This document shows, piece after piece, positions 9,666 through 19,109 of a stretch of 64,000 bases of DNA (the first letter of the stretch is position 1; each line of letters starts with the position of its first letter). Origin of the DNA: Patescibacteria group bacterium (GTDB lineage: Bacteria > Patescibacteriota > Microgenomatia > UBA8517); the NCBI GenBank assembly GCA_038206135.1, contig JBBRBD010000002.1, forward strand, positions 66,896 through 130,895, read 5' to 3'. A program made the translations under genes and the position numbers. The notes beneath the pieces are model-generated. The model saw only the letters and a program-made list of their open reading frames with translations. It had not been told where the DNA came from and made no database searches.

Positions 9666-10229
9666 TTATTTAGTTACCGGTGAGCCCATGAAAGGCCATA
9701 CCAATACATCAGTTATATCAGAGTTAGTACATACTTGCATGAGTAACGCATTCCCATCTTGACTCACAAAGTTCACCACATCAGATTCTGAGATTGGATA
9801 AGTGATAGTAAACACATTTTGAACAACACCTCTGGAGCATTGTGGTCCGTTGGGATACTTGATCTGAGAATATATTGTGTCTCCTGGTTGCAAGGTTATA
9901 AATTGGTGAGGACTCAAAGAATCAGGAGTTACTTTTACGTTACTATCACTTTTTGCAAATGACACCGCAACAATTTTATTGCCATATACCTGGCAGATTT
10001 TAGTTGAGAGATTTTTCATAGTAAGTGTTGCATATATCGAACCCGCTGCGCCTTCAGTCGAAACAGTAGACTCTAATTGGTCGGGTGTGCAATAAGAAAT
10101 GGCATCGGATGCAGCTGCAGAAGGTGAATTAAGTATTGGAGGGGATTGAGTGTTTCTTTTATTAGTACTTACAGCTAAAACGAGTACAATAGCGAGGAAA
10201 ATAAATAAAAGAATAAAGTTTCGTTTCAT
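9666..10229 (-). CDS. secreted DUF4232-like protein
   Basis: Signal anchor; C...L......GAAG......L...N.S...C...G pattern. Confidence 0.65.
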   Translation of the reverse strand: MKRNFILLFIFLAIVLVLAVSTNKRNTQSPPILNSPSAAASDAISYCTPDQLESTVSTEGAAGSIYATLTMKNLSTKICQVYGNKIVAVSFAKSDSNVKVTPDSLSPHQFITLQPGDTIYSQIKYPNGPQCSRGVVQNVFTITYPISESDVVNFVSQDGNALLMQVCTNSDITDVLVWPFMGSPVTK

Positions 10230-10233
10230 TAAT

Positions 10234-10674
10234 TTAGTTTGCTTCGTCAAAAGCTTTTTGTAGATCTGAAATTATCATCTTTTTCATTTTGAGCATAGCA
10301 TCCATAACCGCTTTGGATTTTGAGGGGATTGGACTTGAAACTAGTTCCATAAACTGTTTTGGAATAATTTGCCAGCTCAACCCATACTTATCCTTGCACC
10401 AACCACATTGTTCAAATTCAGGTACTGCCGAAAGTTGGTTCCAATACCGGTCAACTTCTTCTTGGTTCTCACAACTCACAAAAAGTGAAATCGATTCATT
10501 GAATTTAAACTGCGGACCACCATTTAATGCCATATATTCTCGGCCATCGAGTACAAAGTTCACCATCATCGGAGTTGCATTGGTGACTTTTGAGTTTGGA
10601 AAGATAGAAACATAAAAATTTGCTGCTTCTTCAGCATCTTTTTCAAACCAAAGAAAAGGAGTTATCTTTTGCAT
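10234..10674 (-). CDS. VOC/PhnB-like (3-demethylubiquinone-9 3-methyltransferase-like) protein
   Basis: MQKITPFLWF...AEEAA.FY...LNGGP.F.F...CGW.KDKYG.SWQI; true start 10674. Confidence 0.9.
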   Translation of the reverse strand: MQKITPFLWFEKDAEEAANFYVSIFPNSKVTNATPMMVNFVLDGREYMALNGGPQFKFNESISLFVSCENQEEVDRYWNQLSAVPEFEQCGWCKDKYGLSWQIIPKQFMELVSSPIPSKSKAVMDAMLKMKKMIISDLQKAFDEAN

Positions 10675-10782
10675 ACCCCTTATTATGAATGAGTGTGTCA
10701 AATATAACAATATTACTGAATTGGTGAACGATATCTTTAGAATGGTAAACTTACATTCGAATTTACCAATAAGGAGCATAAC

Positions 10783-10941
10783 ATGAAGGCGTTTTTCATT
10801 CACATGGTCTGTGTTGTTAGTTTCAAAACAATTCACCTGCAATGTGTTAAGAATGAGGAAGGCATTCGCTGTATACACTGTGGATACTTTGTAGATAAAT
10901 ATTCTGCTCAGGCAGATATGCATGCAGGGGGAGGTTGGTAA
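10783..10941 (+). CDS. small Cys/His-rich protein (not in ORF track)
   Basis: AAGGAG SD; MKAFFIHMVCVVSFKTIHLQCVKNEEGIRCIHCGYFVDKYSAQADMHAGGGW; terminator directly after. Confidence 0.6.
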   Translation: MKAFFIHMVCVVSFKTIHLQCVKNEEGIRCIHCGYFVDKYSAQADMHAGGGW

Positions 10942-10952
10942 AAAATCAGACA

Positions 10953-10980
10953 AGGGCTAGAAATACCTAGCCCTGTTTTT
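10953..10980 (+). terminator. intrinsic terminator
   Basis: AGGGCTAG-AAATAC-CTAGCCCT followed by GTTTTT. Confidence 0.75.
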
Positions 10981-11012
10981 GTGCGTCAAAAGTAAATGCT
11001 ATAATAATTCGT

Positions 11013-11267
11013 ATGTCGATGTATCAAGTAAAGAAAAAAGATGGAACTATTGGCAGGTTTGACCGCTTCGGCGCATTAAGTAATGCCATGCGTGCTGGAG
11101 CCACTGCAGAAGAGGCAGAGAAGGCAACCCAAAAAGTTGAAAATTATATTTTCTCAGCTTCTTCAAAAGGACCAGTCGAACACACGAAAGTTCGAGATCA
11201 AATGATAAAAGCATTGGGGTCTGTCAATCAGATGGCAGCCAGAACGTACAGTATATTTCAAAAGTAA
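11013..11267 (+). CDS. stand-alone ATP-cone domain protein
   Basis: V.KKDG....FD N-terminal motif followed by helices, 84 aa only. Confidence 0.7.
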   Translation: MSMYQVKKKDGTIGRFDRFGALSNAMRAGATAEEAEKATQKVENYIFSASSKGPVEHTKVRDQMIKALGSVNQMAARTYSIFQK

Positions 11268-11312
11268 CAAAGAAAATAAAGTTGTCTGCTTCAGCCATAA
11301 ATGTAGAACCTC

Positions 11313-12026
11313 TTAATTTTTACTTTCTTTAAATAACTTATAAAAATCAAAAGTCTTCTCTATTAAAAGAACACAGACTAACCATCCGAGTCCTGCAATA
11401 TAGCCTCCAATTATGTCAGTAGGATAATGCACTCCCAGATAAATTCTGCTAATTCCGATGAAAAATACAATGGCGAGTGCAATTATAACTGCTCGGTTTG
11501 TATACTTTCTACTAAATGAGAAATGATGAGTAAAGTGTGCCAGTAATGCATAAAAAACGAACGAATTCATTGCATGACCAGATGGGAAGCTATAGTCCGT
11601 TAATAATAGCAGTGGGTCAAAAATTGGCCGAGGACGACCAATAACTTCTTTTAAAAGTATATTAAGCATTACTCCGGTCATAATAGTAAATAAAAATAAA
11701 AAAGCTTCTCGCTTGTGACGTTTGAAAAGAAGAAAAATTGTGCCAATTGCGGTAATAAGGACAGTAAACTGTTCCCCTAAAAACGAGAAAAAAATCATAA
11801 TTTGAGTAAGAAATGGAGTACGTAGAGAATACAAGAAAAATGAGACATTTTTGTCAAATGCCAATAATTCACTTTCGAAAATTTCATTACGAAGTTTTAT
11901 TAACAAAACAATCATTGCACTACTAACCGCTAATCCAATTACTAATTCAAGAAAGAGTATAGAAATAGGGTTTTGTTTTTTTAGATAGAGAGAAACCTTG
12001 CTATTTAAATTTTTTATTAGTTTCAT
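11313..12026 (-). CDS. PAP2-family phosphatase (undecaprenyl-PP phosphatase-like)
   Basis: K....RPRP, SFPSGH, SRIYLGVHYPTD. Confidence 0.92.
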   Translation of the reverse strand: MKLIKNLNSKVSLYLKKQNPISILFLELVIGLAVSSAMIVLLIKLRNEIFESELLAFDKNVSFFLYSLRTPFLTQIMIFFSFLGEQFTVLITAIGTIFLLFKRHKREAFLFLFTIMTGVMLNILLKEVIGRPRPIFDPLLLLTDYSFPSGHAMNSFVFYALLAHFTHHFSFSRKYTNRAVIIALAIVFFIGISRIYLGVHYPTDIIGGYIAGLGWLVCVLLIEKTFDFYKLFKESKN

Positions 12027-12125
12027 ACATATAGTATATAGGAGCTTTTTGCTGGTCAAAATAGAGAACTGCCTAGTATTCACTGACGTGTAAACATCTC
12101 AAAAAAGCAACAAAATCAATGTTTT

Positions 12126-12154
12126 TTGCAAAATCAAATTGGGAGGAATATAAT
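12126..12154 (+). promoter_or_regulatory. sigma70 promoter of the CLC gene
   Basis: TTGCAA-17 nt-TATAAT. Confidence 0.65.
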
Positions 12155-12211
12155 AATCTCTCCCGTAACTTCACGGATTACAAGCGAAGCTCCGGTTTTT
12201 AAGATAGAACA

Positions 12212-13552
12212 ATGATACAACGAAGAATCAATGAACAGGCTATTATGTTTTATAGTGTCTTTAAATGGACTATTTTAGCTGTGATCGTTGGAGTTGTTGT
12301 TGGATTTGCAACGTTTTTGTTTCTCTCAATACTCGAATTAGCTATAACAACCACAGCACAATTTCCGCTCTTTTATTTGGCCGCACCGCTTGCTTTTTTT
12401 GGCAGCGCTGCATTGATAAAATATTTAGCTCCTCAGGCTGAGGGGCATGGCACGGAGAAAGTTATTGAAGCTGTGCACAAAAACTGGGGGAAAATAGATC
12501 CAATAGTTGTCCCTGTTAAGCTTGTTGCCACAATAATTACCATTGCATTTGGTGGTTCTGTCGGAAAGGAAGGTCCATGCGCTCAAATTGGGAGTGGCCT
12601 CGCATCGATCTGTGCAGATGTTTTAAAGCTAAACAAGTTTGATAGAAGAAAGCTCGTAATCTGTGGAATAAGTGCAGGTTTTGCAGCTATTTTTGGTACA
12701 CCAATTGGAGGAGCGATCTTTGGCATTGAAGTCTTGTTTGTTGGACGAATGTTATACGATTTATTATTACCTTCACTTATTGCAGGAATTGTAAGTTTTG
12801 AAGTGTCTTCACATTTGGGAATGGTGCCACTCCGCATTCCAATTGCTTACACAATGCAGAATAGTGACTTTGGGTATTTGTTTTTGGCAGGACTGTTTTT
12901 TGGCCTCGTTGCACTTTTCATGATTATTATTCTTGAGGTAATAGAAGAAAAGGCAAAGCACATAAAAATGTGGAAGCCATTGAAGGGAATTATCGGTGGA
13001 ATAATAATTATTGCATTGGTACAAATCTTTGGGACAAAATTTTTAGGGTTAGGATTAGACTCGATGAAAGATACTCTTATGGGTGCACAAGCCATGTGGA
13101 TTGACCCACTTGCAAAAGTACTCTATAGCGCGGTAACACTTGGATTTGGAGGGAGCGGTGGGATATTAGCACCAGTATTCTTTGTCGGAGCTTCTGCCGG
13201 TAGTGTCTTTGCCGGTCTATTTCATTTGAATTTGCAGTTTTTTGCAGCACTTGGAATGCTTGCAGTTTTGGCCGCGACAACAAACACCCCGATTGCATGC
13301 ATCGTGATGTCAGCAGAGATCTTTGGGCCAAACGTATTGCTTCCGGCCGCAATTACTTGTGCCATTGCATACTTAATAAATGGACACAATAGTCTGTACC
13401 CTTCACAAATTCTGGCATTTAAAAAATCAAATTTGATTGATGTGAATGAGGGGGAAGAGATGCGAAAGATTGAAACAAAGATGACCCCTCTCCTTGAACC
13501 CATCAATAGAAGGCTCTCTGTGGTGAAGTCATTTACACACTTCTTTTTCTAA
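12212..13552 (+). CDS. CLC-family chloride channel/transporter
   Basis: GGSVGKEGP, GFAAIFGTP, GGSGG; selectivity loop GHGTE. Confidence 0.92.
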   Translation: MIQRRINEQAIMFYSVFKWTILAVIVGVVVGFATFLFLSILELAITTTAQFPLFYLAAPLAFFGSAALIKYLAPQAEGHGTEKVIEAVHKNWGKIDPIVVPVKLVATIITIAFGGSVGKEGPCAQIGSGLASICADVLKLNKFDRRKLVICGISAGFAAIFGTPIGGAIFGIEVLFVGRMLYDLLLPSLIAGIVSFEVSSHLGMVPLRIPIAYTMQNSDFGYLFLAGLFFGLVALFMIIILEVIEEKAKHIKMWKPLKGIIGGIIIIALVQIFGTKFLGLGLDSMKDTLMGAQAMWIDPLAKVLYSAVTLGFGGSGGILAPVFFVGASAGSVFAGLFHLNLQFFAALGMLAVLAATTNTPIACIVMSAEIFGPNVLLPAAITCAIAYLINGHNSLYPSQILAFKKSNLIDVNEGEEMRKIETKMTPLLEPINRRLSVVKSFTHFFF

Positions 13553-13862
13553 GGAAACTGCGATGTTTCTCACCCCAATTATCGAGTGACTTTAACACTA
13601 TCCCGAGTGACTTTCCGTGTTTTGTAATTGAGTATTCAACCTTTGGGGGAATGACTGAATAGACAGTTCGTCGGACTAACGCTTCCTTCTCAAGTTCTTT
13701 TAAAGATTGAGAAAGCATTTTTTGATTTATACCCGGGATTTGCTTTTCAATTTCACTGAAGCGTAATGTTTTTTGTTCTAAATGCCACAATATAATGAGT
13801 TTCCATTTTCCACCAATAGTGGATACTGTTTTCTCGAGCTCACAGGTCATTACTTTTTTCAT
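13533..13862 (-). CDS. HxlR-family winged-helix regulator
   Basis: C......IGGKWK.IIL..L...RF.E...IPGI.QKML...L.ELE...PPKVEY. Confidence 0.92.
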   Translation of the reverse strand: MKKVMTCELEKTVSTIGGKWKLIILWHLEQKTLRFSEIEKQIPGINQKMLSQSLKELEKEALVRRTVYSVIPPKVEYSITKHGKSLGIVLKSLDNWGEKHRSFLRKRSV

Positions 13863-13922
13863 AGTAGGTTTCTTTTTAGTGGGTACTTGCTAAAAGAGCC
13901 ATACCACAATAATATATTGTAT

Positions 13923-14540
13923 ATGCAGTTTTCAGATCTCGCAAATAAAGATGTTTTAGAAAAAACGACGAAAGCACTTCAGGAGAAAAAATATGAAGTT
14001 CATGTAGTTTTAAATAAAGAAGAAGCGCTTGAAACAATAAAAAAGATAATTCCAGAAGGAGCGTCGGTTATGAATGGTGCTTCAGTAACACTTGAGCAAG
14101 TTGGATTTGTAGATTATCTAAAGAGTGAAGAACACAAATGGAATAATTTGCATGCTGCAATTGTTGCAGAGACTGACCCAATCAAACAGCGAAAACTACG
14201 AGAACAGTCTTCACTCTCAGATTTTTATTTAGGGAGTGTACATGCGCTCGTCGAAGATGGTCAGTTTATCGTTGCCAGTAACACGGGGAGCCAACTTCCA
14301 CACATTGTTTACAACGCACAAAACTTAATTTTCGTCGTAAGTACTAAAAAGATTGTTAATTCACTAGACATGGCGATGAAACGCCTTGACGAGTATATTA
14401 TGCCGCTTGAAGATAAGCACATGCAGGAAAAATATGGAGTTAATACACAGCTTAATAAAATAGTCATTTTCAAAGGGGAAAGCAGCTTTAGCACTCGTAA
14501 AATTCATTTTCTTCTTATCGAGGAAGACTTGGGATTTTGA
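13923..14540 (+). CDS. LUD domain (lactate utilisation C-like) protein
   Basis: G.S.TL, GS..A..EDG...AS.TGSQL, VST.KIV, EDLGF; start ATG 13923; divergent from the HxlR gene. Confidence 0.8.
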   Translation: MQFSDLANKDVLEKTTKALQEKKYEVHVVLNKEEALETIKKIIPEGASVMNGASVTLEQVGFVDYLKSEEHKWNNLHAAIVAETDPIKQRKLREQSSLSDFYLGSVHALVEDGQFIVASNTGSQLPHIVYNAQNLIFVVSTKKIVNSLDMAMKRLDEYIMPLEDKHMQEKYGVNTQLNKIVIFKGESSFSTRKIHFLLIEEDLGF

Positions 14541-14566
14541 TATTCTCAGTGTGATACAATATTTTT

Positions 14567-14923
14567 ATGCTTTCACTTAACTCCTTAATGGTTGGTACTT
14601 CAGATATTAAAACAATGGCTGATTTTTATGAAAAAATGTTTGACCGAAAAGCTGATATGATTGACGACAATTTCTTTGGGTGGACCGTTGGAAAAACCTT
14701 TTTTGGAGTGAGTGCTCATTCTGAAGTAAAAGGAAAGTCATCAGAGCCGCAAAGAATCATGTTCAACTTTGAGACAGCAGAAGTTAAAGAGGAGTTTTTA
14801 CGAATGAAAGAAGCTGGCGCTATTGTTGTAAAAGAGCCTTATGAAATGGGTGAAGCATGGATTGCAACTCTTGAAGACCCCGATGGAAATTATTTTCAAT
14901 TGATGACTCCTTGGGAAGGGTAA
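14567..14923 (+). CDS. VOC/glyoxalase family protein
   Basis: M..FY...F and C-terminal EDPDGNYFQL. Confidence 0.85.
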   Translation: MLSLNSLMVGTSDIKTMADFYEKMFDRKADMIDDNFFGWTVGKTFFGVSAHSEVKGKSSEPQRIMFNFETAEVKEEFLRMKEAGAIVVKEPYEMGEAWIATLEDPDGNYFQLMTPWEG

Positions 14924-14930
14924 ATACATA

Positions 14931-15335
14931 ATGTTTAAAGGCTTCAAACAATTTATTTTAAAAGGAAATGTCGTTGATCTCGCAGTTGGTGTGGTTATTG
15001 GTGCTTCGTTTGGCGCAGTAGTTACCTCATTTGTAAAAGATGTTATAAACCCACTTGTTGCAACGGTCGGTGGAAATCATGATTTTTCTTCGATATATTT
15101 TACGCTAAACGGCAATCAGTTTTTTATTGGTAATTTCATTAATGCACTCATTTCGTTTTTGATAAACGCCACTGTAATTTACTTTTTTGTCATTGTTCCG
15201 ATGAACAGGCTCGTCTCTGCTGCAAATAAAAAAGAGAAGCCAATTGATCCGACAACAAAGAAATGCCCATTCTGTGTGAGTGTTATTGCAATTTCAGCAA
15301 CCCGATGTCCATTTTGCACTTCGAAGCTTGCTTAA
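14931..15335 (+). CDS. mscL: large-conductance mechanosensitive channel with C-terminal zinc ribbon
   Basis: FK.FILKGNVVDLAVGVVIG; C-terminal CPFC...CPFC. Confidence 0.92.
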   Translation: MFKGFKQFILKGNVVDLAVGVVIGASFGAVVTSFVKDVINPLVATVGGNHDFSSIYFTLNGNQFFIGNFINALISFLINATVIYFFVIVPMNRLVSAANKKEKPIDPTTKKCPFCVSVIAISATRCPFCTSKLA

Positions 15336-15338
15336 ATC

Positions 15339-16109
15339 TTATCTGAGAAAGAAGAGGACTGCTCCTGCTACAATTCTGTACCAACCAAAACTTGTGAGGT
15401 CATTGTGTTGTAAGTAGTGAATAAACCATTTAACTACAAAAATGGCACTAATAAAAGAGAATATAAATCCTGTCAAAAGAAGCGGGATGTTTTGTGTATT
15501 TTGAAATAATATAGCGCGAGACTTAAAGAGATCAAGAACCGAAGCTGCCAAGAGAGTGGGTACGGCAAGCAAAAATGAATATTTGGCGGCTTCCACTCTT
15601 TTTACTTTAAAAAACATTAAAGAAATCATAACAGCACCAGCTCTAGAAACGCCTGGAAAAATTGCAATTGCTTGTGCTACTCCCACTAAAGCAGCTTCAG
15701 TGAGCGTTAAGTGAGAACCATCTTTTTGCAGTTCTTTCTTTTGAATCCATCTTTCAAACAAGATGAAAAACATACCAACAACAACAAAAATAACTATTTG
15801 TAACAAAAAGTTATCAAAAAATGAGTTTTTAATTACTTTATAGAGGAGAAGCCCAATAATTGCAGTCGGTAGAAAAGAAACGATTAAATTTTTTATAAGC
15901 TTTGGCTCTTTAAAAACAGTTTGTACATACAAAACAACTACTGCCAAAATTGCTCCTGATTGAATAACTACTTCAAACAACTTTAAAAATTCGGTTTGAG
16001 AAAGCCCCATGAGCTTTGCAGTCCATATTAAGTGAAAAGTAGAGGATATTGGAAGAAATTCAGTAAGGCCTTCTATGACACCTAAAAACCCAGCCTGAAG
16101 AATATTCAT
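15339..16109 (-). CDS. uppP: undecaprenyl-diphosphate phosphatase
   Basis: EGLTEFLPISST.H, PGVSRAG, FGWYRI. Confidence 0.93.
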   Translation of the reverse strand: MNILQAGFLGVIEGLTEFLPISSTFHLIWTAKLMGLSQTEFLKLFEVVIQSGAILAVVVLYVQTVFKEPKLIKNLIVSFLPTAIIGLLLYKVIKNSFFDNFLLQIVIFVVVGMFFILFERWIQKKELQKDGSHLTLTEAALVGVAQAIAIFPGVSRAGAVMISLMFFKVKRVEAAKYSFLLAVPTLLAASVLDLFKSRAILFQNTQNIPLLLTGFIFSFISAIFVVKWFIHYLQHNDLTSFGWYRIVAGAVLFFLR

Positions 16110-16125
16110 AGTATATGTTTATTTC

Positions 16126-16656
16126 TTAAAAAGCGTATCCTTTTGCTCCATGAACACCTTTCACCGCTGACATTTCTCCGGAAAGCATGTTTGTGTGAGC
16201 AATAATAAATGCGTAGAGCATATAGCAAACGGTCTTTTTGCCCCAAGCGCCTAAATCTACTTCCTTTTCTAAATCATCATTTTGCAAACCACTCAAATAC
16301 TCCTCAGTCTTTTTGTAAACAGCTTTTTCATATTCTCTAAAAAGGGGAAGGTCCACTTGAACTCGTTTAGCCCACGCTTCATGGGTTGTTTCCCAATTTG
16401 AATCCATTGCCGGCATTGGCTCACTAATTCCTAGTTTTTCTTTCCAGTCGCTTTCATACAAAGGACTTTTGCCTTGTAGAAACATCTGAATTGTCATGTC
16501 TTCAGAAAGTACTAAATGAGCCCAGAGCGCACCCAATGGAAGTGCTTTTCCACCTGGATCTTTGTGCATGTCCTCAGTGTTTATTGTTGAAGCAGTTCCT
16601 TCAAAAGATTCTCGGGCGTTTTGTAGTTGTTCTCGAAGAAGAGTAATGGCATCCAT
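16126..16656 (-). CDS. DinB-like family protein
   Basis: Four-helix DinB pattern with WAH...ED and H....GE; start 16656. Confidence 0.7.
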   Translation of the reverse strand: MDAITLLREQLQNARESFEGTASTINTEDMHKDPGGKALPLGALWAHLVLSEDMTIQMFLQGKSPLYESDWKEKLGISEPMPAMDSNWETTHEAWAKRVQVDLPLFREYEKAVYKKTEEYLSGLQNDDLEKEVDLGAWGKKTVCYMLYAFIIAHTNMLSGEMSAVKGVHGAKGYAF

Positions 16657-16689
16657 GTTACTTATTCTATACGAGCGAAGCAAGTCAGT

Positions 16690-17295
16690 CTAGTTGCTTT
16701 TGTTTTTATATTTAAAACCCATATAGATAAGCACAATTCCAATTGTTAAAAACAAGGCAATTGTTGGTATGTCTTGTGTATAGCTTACTAAAGCCTGCCA
16801 ATTTGCGCCAAAAATATTTCCCAGTATTGTAAAAATACTTACCCATAAAAGCTCACCCACAGCCACAATAACGAGATAGGGAAGAAACGTGTATTTACTC
16901 ACTCCCGCTAAAATACTGATAGGGATTCCAAGTGGAGTGATAAGCCAGCGGGTGCTAAATATTGCCAATACACCCCATTTGTGTAAAAAATTATCCAAAG
17001 ATTTTAAATGATTTTCTTGCAGTCTAACTTTGTGTCCATGTTTTTGAAAAAATGCCATTCCAAGTTTTCGTCCGAGCAAATAAGCTACAACATCCCCAAG
17101 AATTGCGGTAGACGCGAGTATAAGAATAAGAAGAGGCAAATTAAGCCCGCCGTCTGAGGTCAAGGATCCTGCTGCTATGAGAATCACATCCTGTGGAATC
17201 GGAATTCCAGTATACCCAATTGCAACACCAATCGCCGCGACCGGGTACCCATAGGTGATAAGAAGGGTTAAAAGGGAGTTGAGTAACTGCGTCAT
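16690..17295 (-). CDS. DedA family membrane protein
   Basis: GIPIP.D..L..AG, GD..AY.LGR, F..RW....AG. Confidence 0.9.
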   Translation of the reverse strand: MTQLLNSLLTLLITYGYPVAAIGVAIGYTGIPIPQDVILIAAGSLTSDGGLNLPLLILILASTAILGDVVAYLLGRKLGMAFFQKHGHKVRLQENHLKSLDNFLHKWGVLAIFSTRWLITPLGIPISILAGVSKYTFLPYLVIVAVGELLWVSIFTILGNIFGANWQALVSYTQDIPTIALFLTIGIVLIYMGFKYKNKSN

Positions 17296-17630
17296 TGGGG
17301 GTGTTGTTCCTGCAATACGGTGGCTTGCAGAAGTTTAATTAGTTGCGTCGCTTCTTTGTGGTCAGCCCGGGCAATTGCCTCAATGCTATCGTTTGGTATA
17401 ACACTTGGATCATGTGAAATTGCGGCAAAAAGATCCTGCGCGGGAATTCTGTATACCCGAGAAACATAAGGAATGGTCATCCATGAAGCGATTCGCTCGA
17501 TTTTTACTTGTCTCGGGACAGGACGGGAAGTGTTTCGGATTTGAGAAACATTACTTCGAACAAGAATTATAGCGAGTCCTAAAAAAACAAGTCCAAAGCC
17601 TATGAATATCTGGCTCTTGTGTGTGTTCAT
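17292..17630 (-). CDS. hypothetical membrane-anchored protein, co-transcribed with dedA-like gene
   Basis: N-terminal TM; WMTIPYVS..Y.IP motif; 4-nt overlap with the DedA start. Confidence 0.65.
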   Translation of the reverse strand: MNTHKSQIFIGFGLVFLGLAIILVRSNVSQIRNTSRPVPRQVKIERIASWMTIPYVSRVYRIPAQDLFAAISHDPSVIPNDSIEAIARADHKEATQLIKLLQATVLQEQHPQ

Positions 17631-17703
17631 ACAGCACCATTCTATCAAACAGAGAAAGTGAAACATATTTGACTAATAATTAGAGAAGAGGCATAAATAA
17701 TAG

Positions 17704-18096
17704 ATGACACTTCCGAAATCGTTGACTACCGTGACTCCTTTTAGTCGAGCACTTGCACTTTCAATGCTTGTCGTCTTTCCAATTCTTGGTTTTCTCTTGG
17801 GAGTTTCATATCAATCAAGTATGTCTTTTACGGGCGACTGCAACGTAGAACATTGTCAACAATCATCAAGATCAATGTTTCAGCATTATGCAGTTCGCGG
17901 AGGAGTATTTATGTTTGTTATTGTTTGCCTCTTAATAGTCGGGACTATCCTGAAAGGATTTGCATTGTGGAAAGCAGGAAAGAATAAACAATCAGGATGG
18001 TTTATTGCACTTTTCGTTATAAATTCGCTTGGAATTTTACCGCTCATTTATTTACTTTATTTCAAACCAAACCTGAAGGTAAAAAGGTCAAAATGA
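17704..18096 (+). CDS. DUF5652-like membrane protein
   Basis: KGFALWKAG...Q.GWFIAL...N.LGILP.IY. Confidence 0.7.
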   Translation: MTLPKSLTTVTPFSRALALSMLVVFPILGFLLGVSYQSSMSFTGDCNVEHCQQSSRSMFQHYAVRGGVFMFVIVCLLIVGTILKGFALWKAGKNKQSGWFIALFVINSLGILPLIYLLYFKPNLKVKRSK

Positions 18097-18632
18097 AAAC
18101 ACGAATATTCTTATTTGTTCCGCTTCTAATTATAATTACTGGTTTTTGTGGACTTGTAGCTGTCGTCATGCAGCAAAATTACCGATTAAATGCAAACGAT
18201 CCTCAAATTCAAACATCAGAAGATCTTGCCCTTTTGCTTTCTAACGGTGCAAAGCCTCAAGATGTTTTGCCAAAAAATTCAGTAGACATTGCGTATAGTT
18301 TATCTCCCTTTGTTATCATCTATGACACAAATGGAAAAGTAATGGCTTCAAATGCTTCTTTAAATGGAGAAGCAATTACTATTCCTAGTGGAGTAATTGC
18401 CTACACAAAAACGCATACCCAAGACAGAGTAACGTGGCAACCGACGAATGGAGTCAGAAGCGCGTTAGTTGTCACACAATATACTGGTGGTTTTGTTGCT
18501 GTTGGAAAATCGTTAAGAGAAGTTGAAACAAGAGAAGCTTCGGCTATGGAAATGGTTGCTTTTGTGTGGGGTTTGGCAGTTGTAAGCACTGGCGCGTTTC
18601 TTTTTGTAATACCTTTGGGGAAAGGGAAGTAA
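18093..18632 (+). CDS. hypothetical two-TM protein with extracellular sensor-like domain
   Basis: QQ.YR..ANDPQ.Q...TWQP..GVR.A.V; ATGA overlap with the upstream gene. Confidence 0.7.
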   Translation: MKTRIFLFVPLLIIITGFCGLVAVVMQQNYRLNANDPQIQTSEDLALLLSNGAKPQDVLPKNSVDIAYSLSPFVIIYDTNGKVMASNASLNGEAITIPSGVIAYTKTHTQDRVTWQPTNGVRSALVVTQYTGGFVAVGKSLREVETREASAMEMVAFVWGLAVVSTGAFLFVIPLGKGK

Positions 18633-18699
18633 TATTCTTTAGGTTGCTCTTCAAGCTACAGGTGTGATACAAATAAAGTCCGTCTCAAAAAAGTGGAGC

Positions 18700-18737
18700 G
18701 GTCTGTAGTGGGGGGTTCTAAGTTCCCACTACAGACC
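18700..18737. terminator. 13-bp stem hairpin between convergent genes
   Basis: GGTCTGTAGTGGG / CCCACTACAGACC perfect inverted repeat. Confidence 0.7.
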
Positions 18738-18747
18738 AGAGAGATAT

Positions 18748-18933
18748 TTATTGGATTTCTGCGTAATGTGAAGGTCGGTCAACACTCGGTCCACCTTCAC
18801 GACGGTTGGTTTCATTGTGCTCCGTCACCATCGGATCCTCTGGCGCCCCGTTGCGGCGTGTGGTGAGCAAAGACATAATAAAATAAGCGATAGCGCCAAT
18901 AATAACGACGATAACGGCAAGCGGGTTGTCCAT
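18748..18933 (-). CDS. small single-TM hypothetical protein
   Basis: AAGGAG SD, hydrophobic N-terminus. Confidence 0.6.
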   Translation of the reverse strand: MDNPLAVIVVIIGAIAYFIMSLLTTRRNGAPEDPMVTEHNETNRREGGPSVDRPSHYAEIQ

Positions 18934-19109
18934 GCTTTACTCCTTTTAACTTGACACTGTCCGTTGTTTACAGCCCTTATTATACCTCATAACGTGAAAT
19001 TTTCATAATATCCTATACTTTTGGTATACTAAACATCCTTAAACAAAAGTTTAAGGGGTTTTAGCTAGTTTCGAATTGCACTTTACATCTTGAATTGAAG
19101 GGAGGGGAT

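Noticed and set aside
10675-10953. N-terminal extensions in the ORF track (also at 13782, 29178, 61700 and 61831)
   Set aside because: Family similarity starts at downstream start codons; the extensions overlap other genes or regulatory RNA.
12140-12211. Fluoride riboswitch upstream of the CLC gene
   Set aside because: No GAUG...GCUGAUGA fluoride-switch consensus, and the protein lacks the CLC-F GNN/GREGT signatures.
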